From positions 1 through 56,968 of the forward strand of contig JAFGAF010000517.1 of NCBI GenBank assembly GCA_016933815.1: 56,968 nt of DNA, in the 5' to 3' direction. This stretch comes from Prolixibacteraceae bacterium. GTDB taxonomy: Bacteria > Bacteroidota > Bacteroidia > Bacteroidales > Prolixibacteraceae. The position numbers and the translations under genes were made by a program. This document shows positions 20,201 to 30,500 of the stretch, in pieces. The notes below the pieces were generated by a model. That model saw nothing but the letters and a program-made list of their open reading frames with translations. It searched no databases and was not told where the DNA came from. Position 1 is the stretch's first letter. Every line of letters starts with the position of its first letter.

Positions 20201-21913
20201 TTCAAGACTAGCCCCTGCATCCATGGTAACATAAATCTTAACCTGATCGTTTTCAACCTCTTGCAATGCTTGTGTTTGGGTTGCCAAGCTTATCAACAAA
20301 GTTGCAAAGAAAACCACCACTGCTCCCATAATGGTTGCAATTGGGTTGCGCATGGCAGTTTTAAGCAACAACACATAAACTTGTACCATTCGGTTTCGAA
20401 TCGAAATTTTTTCGAACACAGCAACCGACTGGCGCTTGTTTTGGTTTCGCAATATGAGGTAGGTGATCATTGGTATGAACAGCAGCGCCACCAAAAACGA
20501 TATGAACAAAGTTGAAACAATTGACACACCTATTTGTCGGCCAAAGAGCTGAACAACAATATCATCGGTAAAGAAGAATGGAAGGAATACGCATATAGTG
20601 GTGAGCGTAGCAGCAAAAACCGAACGCCAAACCTCGCGTGTACCGTCAATAACAGCATCCTTAAGCGAGGCGCCTGCACCAGCAAGCCGATAAATGTTTT
20701 CGAGTACAACTACACTGTTATCTATAAGCATTCCAATGGCCAAAGCCATACCTACCAATGTTAAACTGTTAATGGTAATGTTGAAATAATAAAAGAAATT
20801 AAATGCTGCATATACCGAAATTGGAATAGACAATGCAACAACAGTAACCAAACGGATATTCCGAAGGAAAAACCATAGAATTATTACTGCTAAAATCCCT
20901 CCAACCAAAGCCAAATTGATGATTTGGTCGATGTTTTTTTCCATTGTTTCTGCCGAATCGGACTCGATTAACAATTCGACACCAACCCCTGCCAGATTTT
21001 CGTTCAGCTTTTCGATTGCTTCTCGGGTACGGTGCGAAAGGTCGATCAAATTGGCCGTATTGTCGTTGATGAGCATTAAACTAATTACATCGAGACCATT
21101 AACGCGGCTGTACGAAGTTTCCTCTTTCGTTCCGAAAGTAATTGAGGCGATGTCTTTTAGCTTTAAGCCCGAACTTTGGTTAACCACAACGTTGCCAATA
21201 TCCGAAACAGCATTAAACTCGGCCGAAACATTTACCAAATACCGGTTTGTACCTTCAAAAACTTCGCCGGCAAAAGTTCGTTCGTTATAACTGCTTTGCA
21301 ACAATTGCCTTATTCGCGAAGGGCTTAAGTTGTAGGCTTTGGCCACATCGGGGGCAATTTCGATTGTAATTGATTTTTGCCTGCCACCATATACGTTTAC
21401 ACTTGCTATTCCATCAATATTGAGCAATTGATCGCTAATTTCTTCGTCGGTAATGTTACGCAAACGGTCAACTCCACCCTCGCCAATAATCTGTATCGAC
21501 ATAAACTGGTTGGTGGCCGACCTTGTGTCAACTTTATCGACAGTTACATTAAAGTCTTCGGAAATAATTGATTTTGAAGCATTTATTTTTTCCTGCAACC
21601 TTAATTGAGCATATTTAAGGTTAACACCTTCGTTGTAACTAACCTGAATTGTTCCGTTTCGCCGTGTGGCTACCGATGAAATTTCGGCAACCCCATCGAG
21701 CTGTCCAATAATGCCTTCGAGTGGAATAATGGCTTGGTTTTCCATGTAAGCCGGATCGACTTCGATAGAAGCGTTTACCATAACCACCATCATCGGCATT
21801 TCGGGCGTTGGGTACAATTCCATGTTCAGCTTTTTGTAAGATATTACGCCAAGCATTACCATGGAAAGGAAAACCATGCTGATGAGTACTTTTCTTCGAA
21901 TAATAAAATCCAT
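17210..21913 (-). CDS. RND (AcrB/AcrD/AcrF) permease fused to a C-terminal ABC ATPase domain
   Basis: aa ~1-1030 RND (GMLIDNSVVVLENI, FESFATPF, RMRPILIT); C-terminus GPNGAGKST, YLPQDFG, FSGGMKQR, VVDEPTAGLD, STH in one uninterrupted 1567-aa ORF. Confidence 0.92.
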   Translation of the reverse strand: MDFIIRRKVLISMVFLSMVMLGVISYKKLNMELYPTPEMPMMVVMVNASIEVDPAYMENQAIIPLEGIIGQLDGVAEISSVATRRNGTIQVSYNEGVNLKYAQLRLQEKINASKSIISEDFNVTVDKVDTRSATNQFMSIQIIGEGGVDRLRNITDEEISDQLLNIDGIASVNVYGGRQKSITIEIAPDVAKAYNLSPSRIRQLLQSSYNERTFAGEVFEGTNRYLVNVSAEFNAVSDIGNVVVNQSSGLKLKDIASITFGTKEETSYSRVNGLDVISLMLINDNTANLIDLSHRTREAIEKLNENLAGVGVELLIESDSAETMEKNIDQIINLALVGGILAVIILWFFLRNIRLVTVVALSIPISVYAAFNFFYYFNITINSLTLVGMALAIGMLIDNSVVVLENIYRLAGAGASLKDAVIDGTREVWRSVFAATLTTICVFLPFFFTDDIVVQLFGRQIGVSIVSTLFISFLVALLFIPMITYLILRNQNKRQSVAVFEKISIRNRMVQVYVLLLKTAMRNPIATIMGAVVVFFATLLISLATQTQALQEVENDQVKIYVTMDAGASLEKTDALVAEMEKDLMEIVEKKSISSQIEEESAILTVLLHENFEKLENRDFDGVKNEIKKIMDKHDRNAEIDFEQSASSEQFGAGGGGMRQAQRMERMMGIGSNEERVLIKGHNYDLMKTIAEDIQYYLDDLDETERVRSNQSSNRPEVHLNFDSESFGRNNIPMNNVLSELSAFRKEIESGFNYKQDNEEYEIIIRTDTITELPPMRLNDLERLEISSNDGGIFELQDITRIYFSSGIARINRLNQEKEIELTYSFSSEINENKDLLEAARNEVDQLIASLPLPAGIAVQVIHDEDDFAAYYPLIAMVFILIFMILASVFESFATPFVMMFSIPLAAIGSLFMLIFTGNTLLSANTLTGFIILLGVVVNNGIILIDYNNILQKRGYRMQRALIMAGLARMRPILITAITTIVAMLPLAMGKSEYVGVIGAPFALTVIGGLAFSTVLTLIFIPTFYLGLHSALAWFRGLKLWLKILQYSLFAIGAYLIYTGINGFIWQMVCFILLITLVPAAVWFIMNSLRKASETIVSADDEIVIRIQNLVKIYGRKGRFAREWNGGIKLREHFGESQQFNRLSDLKSFTWQLPLLAFLVYMAFFYVESTIWVVLAMIIIYFFAQNQFKMLKNLAYNTQKMKRASSIALSIWHWFSPLAAVAYLYFRIDNIALSIILIVLVYFLLAIDFFSNKIHDEKINVNRISGKFSDFKAGIYRFVLSIPIIGKKQKPFKALNAVTLEIGKGMYGLLGPNGAGKSTLMRAICGINTQSYGKVWFNNIDADLKREELQGLIGYLPQDFGMYENMTAWDYLQYQSILKKINVPEVRNERVKQVLESVKMWENRNKKIGSFSGGMKQRIGIAQVLLHLPRILVVDEPTAGLDPRERIRFRNLLVELSRERIVIFSTHIIEDIASSCNRLAVLRKGSVQYVGSPRNMTDSAKGHVWQLEVPESEFEKYTREFVVAHHAKQGDNVRLRIISDQKPHSNAFGVDPNLEDAYLWLQKAKPV

Positions 21914-21919
21914 AAGCGC

Positions 21920-24900
21920 TTATTCGTTGCTGGTTTTGTTAGTACGGTTAATTGTTAAAACATCGTAAACACATGGTATTACAACAAGGCTAAGTATGGT
22001 TGATGTAATTAAGCCTCCCACTACAGCCCAAGCCATGGGTGAACGTAAATCGGCACTTTCGCCAAAACCAAATGTTAAGGGAAGCAAAGCCAATATTGTA
22101 GTTAAACTGGTCATTACTATTGGCCTGATACGTTGTAAACCTGCATTTATTATAGCATCACGTTTGTTCTGTCCTTCGGCACGCAACTGGTTTATGGTAT
22201 CGACCAAAATTATCGAGTTATTAACAGCAATACCTGCTAACATTATCATTCCTATGTAAGCCATCATGTTAAGCGGCTTTCCAATAATGTAAAAAGTAAC
22301 TATTGCGCCTACCATTGCTAAAGGTATGGTTAATAATATTGAAAATGGATGAACAAGCGATTCGAATTGTGAGGCCATAACCATATAAACCAGAATTACC
22401 GATAATACCAGCGCAAAAGTAAGCCCCGACATCGATTCTTTCCTTTTGATTTCTTCGCCGGCCATACGTATGCGATAATTATGCGGTACCGGAACATCGC
22501 GAAGGCGTTCTTCAAGCGCTTTTACCACATGATCGAAAGCTTCGCCCTCGAGCACATAAGCACTAACTTTACCTACACGGCTTTGATTACTGCGATGTAT
22601 TTCGCGCGGTAATTGCTCGCGGGTAATTGTTGCCAAATCGGTTAAACGGTAGCGACTGTCACCACTGGTAATTTCCATGTCCATCAGTTGTTTAACCGAA
22701 ACATTTGGCTGTTTAATGGTTATATCGCGCATTTCGCCTTCAACTTCGTAACTGCCGGCTTCGAGCCCTTGCAACCTGTTGGTTACTTGTGTGATAATTT
22801 GTTCAACACTTAAATTAAAGTAACCGGCTTGTAACCTGTCAATATGGATATCGATTTCGGGTGCTCCGTTTTCAATAGAACTTTCAACATTAAACAAGCT
22901 GCCCGATTGTAGTGCAATTTCTTTTACCTGTGCAGTTAAACCTGCAATTACATCGTGTTCTTCGCCAACAACTTCAACAATTAAAGGAGCTTCGTTATTG
23001 CCCAAGGTCGATTGCAAACTGCCTTCTTCCTGAATAAAAGCAAAAGCAATATCGGGGTTTTGTTCCATTATGTTGTTGATTGATTGTTCAACAAGGCCAT
23101 ATTGTTGCATGCCTTCGGGCGTAAGGGCAACATACATTGTCGCACTGTTTTCGCTCGATTGGGTAGCACCACCGGCTGTAGTACTTAGCTCTCCTACCCG
23201 AATATAAACCGATTCGATGTAGTTTTCAAGACTACTGCTCATCATGTTTTCGATACTAACCATGGCTGCATTGGTATTTTCCAAAGTGGTACCTTCGGGC
23301 AGTGTATATTCAACCATAAAACTGTTGCTCGACGAGCGTGGCATAAATTCGCTACCAATTTTTGGTACAAGCAAAACCGAAGCACTAACCAAAACTACCG
23401 ATACAATTATAATAAGCCAACGGTGTTTTAATGCTCCCGACAAAATATTCTCGTACCAATTTAACGATATGGTTTTTACGGGTTTAACTTTTTTATTACC
23501 AAATATTTTGCTTACCAAAACCGGAATTACCAAAATGGCAACAACCAACGACGAAAGCAATGCAAAAGCTACGGTCCAGGCCATATCTTTGAACAATTCG
23601 CCCGAAGCGCCCTGCAAGTAAACAATTGGTAAAAAAACCACAATTGTTGTGAGGGTCGATGCCGTAATGGCACCACCAACTTCGGCCGCCCCATCGATGG
23701 CCGATTGGAAAACACTTTTGCCCCTCTCGATGTGACGATAAATATTTTCCATAACAATTATGGCATTATCGACCAACATACCGGCACCAAGAGCCAAACC
23801 GCCAAGGGTCATCACATTAAGTGTTAATCCCCTGAAATACATCATTGTAAACGTAGCTATTATTGAAACCGGAATGGCAATACTTATCACCAATGTAGAA
23901 TTCAATCGGCGCAAGAAAACAAAAAGCACAACCACTGCCAATAAAATACCAATTAAGGCCGATTGCCTTACTTCTTTTATGGCTCCACCAATAAAATTCC
24001 CCTGATTTTTAACAATGGTAAACTCGTAACCCGGAAGTGCTTTTTTAATTGATTCGAGCGAAGATGTAATATTTTGAACTGCTTTTACAGTATTGTAACG
24101 AGGTTCTTTGTAAATTGAGAGTCCAATACAACGGCTTCCGTTTAAAGTTACCATTGTTTCAGGATCTTTATTTTTTACCGACACGTTTGCTACATCGCTT
24201 AAATACACAGGAACATTACGCGATGAACCATCGTTTAAGCTTTCGGTTTTCATCCCAACAATTAAATTCTCGAGATCGACAGGTGTTGCAATCATGCCAA
24301 CACCTTTAACACTGTAGTTTACACCGTCTTCCTCGATTGTGCCTCCCGAAACATTTCGATTATAACTTTGAATACGTTGCCCAACATCGGAAGCAGTTAG
24401 CCCAAACGCATCGAGCAAATATGGGTTAGTTTCAACAACAATTTCGGCAGTTTCGTGGCCTGCAAGTGTAACATCGGCAATACCTTCGAGCCTAATGAGC
24501 TCATTACGGATGTAGTTTTCGGCTACTTTACGAACTTCGTCGAGATTCAGCAGGTTTTCGTTATCGAGAGCGATAATCATTACTGGAGTTGAGTTCGGAT
24601 CGTATTGCGAGATATTGATTGCATCGATACCACTGTTTTGTGCATAGGTACTCATGGCTTTTTGCAAGTCGAGAAATGCTTCGTCCATGTCCTTTCCCCA
24701 CGAATATTCAACGGTAATGGTTGCCGAACCAACACGCGTAACCGAATTTACGTTAACCACATCGGATTGGCGAATTGCTTGTGACTCGATGTTGGTAACA
24801 AAAATATTTTCAATTTCGTCGGGTGGACGGTTGCCTGCATCAATTTCGATATAAAGACGCGGATTGTTCAACTGAGGGAACAAATCGATGCCCAATCTCG

Positions 24901-24991
24901 AAAGTGAAATATAGCCGGTTAGCAAAACCGCCAACACCAACATGAGTACGGTAACCGGGTAATTTACTGAGAATTTTGTAATTTGCTTCAT
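21920..24991 (-). CDS. RND (AcrB/AcrD/AcrF) efflux permease
   Basis: GMLVDNAIIVMENI, ASTLTTIVVFLP, QFESLVHPF, RIRPIVMTSLTT; 1023 aa. Confidence 0.95.
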   Translation of the reverse strand: MKQITKFSVNYPVTVLMLVLAVLLTGYISLSRLGIDLFPQLNNPRLYIEIDAGNRPPDEIENIFVTNIESQAIRQSDVVNVNSVTRVGSATITVEYSWGKDMDEAFLDLQKAMSTYAQNSGIDAINISQYDPNSTPVMIIALDNENLLNLDEVRKVAENYIRNELIRLEGIADVTLAGHETAEIVVETNPYLLDAFGLTASDVGQRIQSYNRNVSGGTIEEDGVNYSVKGVGMIATPVDLENLIVGMKTESLNDGSSRNVPVYLSDVANVSVKNKDPETMVTLNGSRCIGLSIYKEPRYNTVKAVQNITSSLESIKKALPGYEFTIVKNQGNFIGGAIKEVRQSALIGILLAVVVLFVFLRRLNSTLVISIAIPVSIIATFTMMYFRGLTLNVMTLGGLALGAGMLVDNAIIVMENIYRHIERGKSVFQSAIDGAAEVGGAITASTLTTIVVFLPIVYLQGASGELFKDMAWTVAFALLSSLVVAILVIPVLVSKIFGNKKVKPVKTISLNWYENILSGALKHRWLIIIVSVVLVSASVLLVPKIGSEFMPRSSSNSFMVEYTLPEGTTLENTNAAMVSIENMMSSSLENYIESVYIRVGELSTTAGGATQSSENSATMYVALTPEGMQQYGLVEQSINNIMEQNPDIAFAFIQEEGSLQSTLGNNEAPLIVEVVGEEHDVIAGLTAQVKEIALQSGSLFNVESSIENGAPEIDIHIDRLQAGYFNLSVEQIITQVTNRLQGLEAGSYEVEGEMRDITIKQPNVSVKQLMDMEITSGDSRYRLTDLATITREQLPREIHRSNQSRVGKVSAYVLEGEAFDHVVKALEERLRDVPVPHNYRIRMAGEEIKRKESMSGLTFALVLSVILVYMVMASQFESLVHPFSILLTIPLAMVGAIVTFYIIGKPLNMMAYIGMIMLAGIAVNNSIILVDTINQLRAEGQNKRDAIINAGLQRIRPIVMTSLTTILALLPLTFGFGESADLRSPMAWAVVGGLITSTILSLVVIPCVYDVLTINRTNKTSNE

Positions 24992-25005
24992 GCCAATTTT
25001 ACTTT

Positions 25006-26058
25006 CTATTTTTGTACCCTTACCTTAGCCCTGTTCGATAGCATTTGATAGCCTTCGATTACCAATTTTTCGCCGGGTTCGAGGCCGCTTACAATTTCAA
25101 CTTCGGTATCGGTTTCGATGCCGGTGTTTACCCTTTTTTCAACAGCTGTATTGCGTTCAACAACATATACTACTTTACCTCTTCGTTTATTTTGAACCAA
25201 TTCGCGGTCGACAACTATTGCGCTGTCGCGACGTTCAACAACCACTTCGGCCTTAACAAACATTCCAGGGCGCATTTTAAGTTCGGGGTTCGAAATGCTC
25301 ATAACACCTTTAAATGTGCGCGATGCTTCGTTAATTGCAGGCGAAAGCTGTGTAATAACAGCCCTAAGCGTATCATCTTTAAGGTTATAATTGCTTACGT
25401 AAGCTTCTTGTCCGGCTTGGATGGTAGTAATAAATTTCTCGGGGAAATCGGTTTGCATAATCAATTTGCTGTAATCCATCATGCTTGCTACTTTAGTTCC
25501 GGAACTGATTTTTACATCGGGCGTAAAATATGGCAAATCAACAATTACCCCGTCGAACGGAGCTGCTACCTGCAGTTTTTTCATTTGCAACTCGGCATTT
25601 TCGAAATCGTAACGAGTGTTGATATAGCTAAGTTCAGCATTTTGCATCTCACGCTGTGTAACACCACCCTTTTCGAACAACGATTGCTGTTTGTCGTATT
25701 CTTGTTTGGCATTTTCCAAATCGAGTTTTTTGGCTTCAATTCGTATGCTCAATTCGTATTCAGGATTATCGAGTTCAACCAAAACTTCGCCTTTATAAAC
25801 TTTGTCGCCCAAGCGATAGGGTTTACCTGTACGTTTGTTGGTGTTTAAGCGGTATTTGCCCTCCGACTCGGTATTCAAATCGGCACTGGCACAAGGACTA
25901 ACGGTTCCGTTAATACTTGTGGTATTGAAAATTGTTTTTTTAACAACATCGGTTACCCTAACAGGTACACTTACATCGGCTCCTTGAGTAGGTGCCTGAT
26001 TCTGACAGCTTGCAAAAAAGGCAACAGCCAATATTAAAGTCCAACTTAGCTTCTTCAT
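25006..26058 (-). CDS. RND periplasmic adaptor (MFP) lipoprotein
   Basis: Lipobox FFASC, coiled-coil hairpin, APFDGVI, MRPGMFV, EIVSGLEPGEKLV. Confidence 0.93.
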   Translation of the reverse strand: MKKLSWTLILAVAFFASCQNQAPTQGADVSVPVRVTDVVKKTIFNTTSINGTVSPCASADLNTESEGKYRLNTNKRTGKPYRLGDKVYKGEVLVELDNPEYELSIRIEAKKLDLENAKQEYDKQQSLFEKGGVTQREMQNAELSYINTRYDFENAELQMKKLQVAAPFDGVIVDLPYFTPDVKISSGTKVASMMDYSKLIMQTDFPEKFITTIQAGQEAYVSNYNLKDDTLRAVITQLSPAINEASRTFKGVMSISNPELKMRPGMFVKAEVVVERRDSAIVVDRELVQNKRRGKVVYVVERNTAVEKRVNTGIETDTEVEIVSGLEPGEKLVIEGYQMLSNRAKVRVQK

Positions 26059-26070
26059 AATGTGGTATTA

Positions 26071-27552
26071 TTAATCGATTTGAAATTCAGATGAATACTC
26101 TGACGGAACAATAGAAGTATTACTTTCAAAATCCCACAGAGTTTGTATTTTAAGGTTTAAAAATTCGAGTTTATAACTAATTAATGCATTGGTTAATTCG
26201 TTTCGTTTCGACGATAATTGGTTTTGGTACAAACTGAGATCCATACTGGTAAGATCGCCGTTCTGGTATTTTTCGACATTCAGCTCGTAAGTACGACGTG
26301 CATTTTCGACACTTTTTTCAGCAATTTCGATCTGATACACCAAGTTTTGCATATTGCGATATATTTCGCGGATATTAAGTTGTATCGATATTTTTTCGTT
26401 GTCGAAATTCAATTCCTGCATTTGCAACGATGCTTCGGCAGCCTTGAGGTTCGAACGTTTTTGCCCCCAATCGTAAACAGGTATTTCAAATGATATTTCG
26501 AATTGTTGTTGATCGGTTGGCGATTGGTAAATATTTCCAATTTGTTCGTTATCGCCGACCAAACCAACTGCCAACGAAACATTTCCTTTAAATTCGTTGT
26601 TTGCATCTACCCTTATGAGGTTAAACTGTGCATTTTCGATATCAATTTCGCGCTGGCGAAGTTCCATTCGTTGCTTTAGTGCATAATCGATAGCATCGGT
26701 CATATCAACATCAACAGTTTTTACATCAACATTAGCCAACACATCTACATCATTATCCAAATCGATTCCAATGGTTTGTTTTAGTTGATCTTTGGCATTA
26801 TCGAGCGATACTTGTGCGTTGTAAACCGACGAGCGTGCATTGGCAAGGTTCAATTCAGCCTGCCATAATTCTTCTTGTGCAGCCAGTCCGGCATCTACTT
26901 TGTTCTTTATAATTTCGTGCGATTTTTCTTGATTGGTCAACTCTTCTTTACTAATAAAAAGGCTTTGTTGACGCTGATAAACCTGATAAAACAATTGGCT
27001 TACCTGTCGCTCGATTGTTAATTTTTGCATTGCATAGCTCAACAAGGCATTTTCGAGGTCGAGCTCAAGCTCACGCAGGTTCATTTTTGTACGATTGTAA
27101 GTAAAAATAGGCTGATCGAACTGTAAACGCACATTGTTGCTGAACGAGTTGATTGCCGGGTTGTTGTTGAGCGAGTTACTTTGAAAACCAAAGCGATTAA
27201 CCAAGCTTAGCGTTCCGTCGGTTGCTTTAATGGGCTGTACAACACTAAATGTGCCGCTCGATCCCATGTTTTCGTAATTTCGCCACTCCTGAAAATCCTG
27301 CGAATACTCACGGGTGTTGTTGTAAGTAAAAGGGCTTACATTTAAAAAGAATTTTGATTTTAGTCCAGCCCTCTGTGCGTTGAGTGATTCGCGGCTTCGT
27401 AAAAGGTTAAGTTTCGACTGTACAATCGAAGGGCTGTTTTCGTAAGCAATTTCGAGAGTACGTTCGAGTGTTAGTAAATCCTGAGCACTGATTGTTAAGG
27501 CATTAAATCCCAGCAGGATAAACATAACAAAAAAGTAAGATTTTGTTCTCAT
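26071..27552 (-). CDS. TolC-family outer membrane efflux protein
   Basis: Signal peptide, LTLERTLEIAYENSP, QPIF / IPVYDWG strands, OEP helical repeats. Confidence 0.9.
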   Translation of the reverse strand: MRTKSYFFVMFILLGFNALTISAQDLLTLERTLEIAYENSPSIVQSKLNLLRSRESLNAQRAGLKSKFFLNVSPFTYNNTREYSQDFQEWRNYENMGSSGTFSVVQPIKATDGTLSLVNRFGFQSNSLNNNPAINSFSNNVRLQFDQPIFTYNRTKMNLRELELDLENALLSYAMQKLTIERQVSQLFYQVYQRQQSLFISKEELTNQEKSHEIIKNKVDAGLAAQEELWQAELNLANARSSVYNAQVSLDNAKDQLKQTIGIDLDNDVDVLANVDVKTVDVDMTDAIDYALKQRMELRQREIDIENAQFNLIRVDANNEFKGNVSLAVGLVGDNEQIGNIYQSPTDQQQFEISFEIPVYDWGQKRSNLKAAEASLQMQELNFDNEKISIQLNIREIYRNMQNLVYQIEIAEKSVENARRTYELNVEKYQNGDLTSMDLSLYQNQLSSKRNELTNALISYKLEFLNLKIQTLWDFESNTSIVPSEYSSEFQID

Positions 27553-27576
27553 GCTATTTAAATTAGTTATATCATT

Positions 27577-30500
27577 TTAACGTTGCAGAGTCCATTTAAC
27601 TGCATCGGCAACAATTCTGTTTGCTCCGCCTTTATCGGTAAGTACCACTTCCGACGAATCGGACGAAAAATAAAACGATCCCAACAAGTTCCAACCTGTT
27701 TCAAAGTTCTTCACTTCGATAGTTATTTCTTCGTTACCGTCGTCGTGTTGTATATTATAAACGTAAGCTCCTTCGGGTTCTGAATTTCCCCTACCCCTTC
27801 CCGGAGGGCCAAAACGTCGTTGTTCATTTAAATAAACATAAATATCGTAATACCCCGGGCTTGGTAAATTTTGTTTCCAAACAGCTGTTTTACTGCCATT
27901 ACCCGAACGTACAACCATTGCAGAGTGTTCTATTTCGCCAAAATAATCGCTGTTGGCTACCAAGCTCCAGGTTGACGGTGCTTGTCCAAATCCTTCACCC
28001 ACAAACTCGCTTGGATTGTCTTTTTTCTTCCGTTGCTCAACCCATTGCCTTAAAGGGTTGTTCATTGAAGGATCGTTAATTGTAAACCCTTCATCTTTAT
28101 TGTCAACAATAAGTTCATCGGGCGAACGCATTACAACAGGGCTTTCAGTAACATTCTCGTATTCATAGGTAACAACTTTATCTATTTTTTCTGATCGTAA
28201 GCCAAAAGTCATTGAACTCGACGGAATATTTTCCGAAAGCATGGTATTAAACGTTAGCGATCGAGGCATCTCATTCAGTGCAATCTGAATCTCTTTAGTT
28301 TGTTTAGCTTCAATTAAGAATATGCGCTCTTCGGGCTCAGGCATCATAAAACCACCGCCCATAAAACCACCACCGCCACCACGTCGGCCTTCGCCAAGCA
28401 TGAACGAGAATTTAACCAAACCATCAACATTGTTGTAGTTTGTAACCTTGGTTCGAACCAGAAAAACCGCTTGCGATTTATCAATTGTTTCAATCACATC
28501 GACACTGCCTAAACCAAAAGCAGGCAATTTATTAACTGTGTACCAATCGGTTAATATATTTTCAATTTGAATTCCCTGATCAGAATTCAAAGTTTTCACC
28601 AAATCGTCGTATTTTATTTCGACATAACTGTTGTTGTATAAATAATCGAGTATATATTGATTAAAATCAAATCCGCTCACTTGTTTTTCCATCCAGGTAA
28701 GTAAATACGACCCCTTTGCCTTCAGCACATTATTTACAATTTTTCGATCGGTTTCTTCCGAAATAATTTGCTTTAAGCTTCTTTCTTTAAGTTGCAAATT
28801 TGCTTGTTCGGTTTCGCCTATGCCTGTCATACGGGCCATAAACATTGCACGCGGGTTATCGCTTCCCTGCATCAGGTAACTTTCGAAAGCATAATTTAAT
28901 ACAGGGCAAACATCGGAAGTAATGTAATTAACAAAGTAAAAATAATTAGGAAAAAGATTAAATGGGTTACTCTTTGTTTGCATCGATGAGTTGAAACTCA
29001 TACTTGCATCCTGCTCGGTGAATGTTGACCGCAAAAAATTGGCAAATACACGTGCCTGAATTTCTTTTTGACTTAAACCTTCTTTGTTTCTTTCACTTTC
29101 ACGTCGAATACGACGCTCCGACGAAGCAAAGTCGGCTTGCGTTACATTGTAACCCCATTCGGGGAAATTTATAACTTGTGGCTGAACATTTGCTAAAGTT
29201 GATGTCCATGAATGAGGCAACGAAGCAAACTGTGCAGGTGCTTCAACCAAGGTAAATTGCTGATAGGGATAAAACAATCCCAAAGGTCTTTCATAATCGT
29301 CGATGAACTCAAGTAAAAGAGAAGGAAGAGTATCGGTAAGTTCCGACACATATTTTGAAAAGTAGTTGTGACCACTTATGTGGGCAAGTGTAATTTGAAT
29401 ACCCTCAATTTCAATCTTTTTCTCCTCAAATTGTGCAATATTTAATGACAATTGTGGTAGCGGATCGCGAATTTCGAAACGATATTCAATGCTGTCGGTT
29501 GTGGTGCGAATGCCTTGTGAAACAGGAAGCATGCCCGGCTTCGATTTTACCGTGAGGTCAAAATTGGTAAATTGTTGCCTGAATATAGCAGGTCGGCCAG
29601 GGTCATATGCCATGCCGGGTATCGGATACCAAAGAATTTCTTTATTGAGCAACACATAATTCTTTGAGTAAAAACCGTAATGGCGATCGGTACGTAATGT
29701 CATTGCACGTTCAATACCAAAGAATTCTTCATCGGGGTTGTCCAAATAAGCAACATTCATGTTTGGAATACCCGAATAATGAACTGTAATTGTAATTTCT
29801 TGTTCGGGTTGCAAAACACTCGATGGAAATACTTTAAGCATTAAGCCATTTTGTTTAAATTTTAGTTGTTCATTATTTGCTTCAACTTTTGAAACCACCA
29901 GGTCGGGGTTTAAACTAAACAGTAATGTATCGATTACTGTTTGATGATTATTAAACAGTGTTATTGTAGAACGGGCATTCATTTGCTCGTTGTATTCGAT
30001 ATATATTGATGCTTTTTGCATTTGTGGCACAAGGTTATCGAAATTAGCCGACGCTGTTGAAAAAAATTCAGCACGTTGTTTTATTGTTGTATTTTTCTGA
30101 TTAACAATCGAATACAATCCTGTTATTGCAACCATTGTACACACCAAACTGCCTATGGCAATTACCCACTTCGATGTTGGTTTGTTGGGCAAGCGGTTAA
30201 GTTGCCATGTGGTAAACATTATTAATCCTAAACCAAGCAAGAAATACGATAAACGCTGAAACACAACAGTTTCGGGTGCAGCAAAACCAACAATATCGGA
30301 ATAAGGCATTGGCATTGCAAAAACCATGTAATCGAAAACATAGTTGGCTTTTTCGCCTAAATAAAAAAGAATTAGCGCAATGTAACCAAGCAACAAGATG
30401 AATGTAACGGGTTGATTTTTAATAATTGTCATTAAAGCATACGACAATCCTATAATGAAAATCAAAGATGGAATGCTTATTAAAACAAAGTAAAGAAGAA

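Noticed and set aside
25045-25848. 267-aa plus-strand ORF and the many other antisense ORFs in the track
   Set aside because: They are shadows of well-supported genes on the opposite strand with no recognisable domains.
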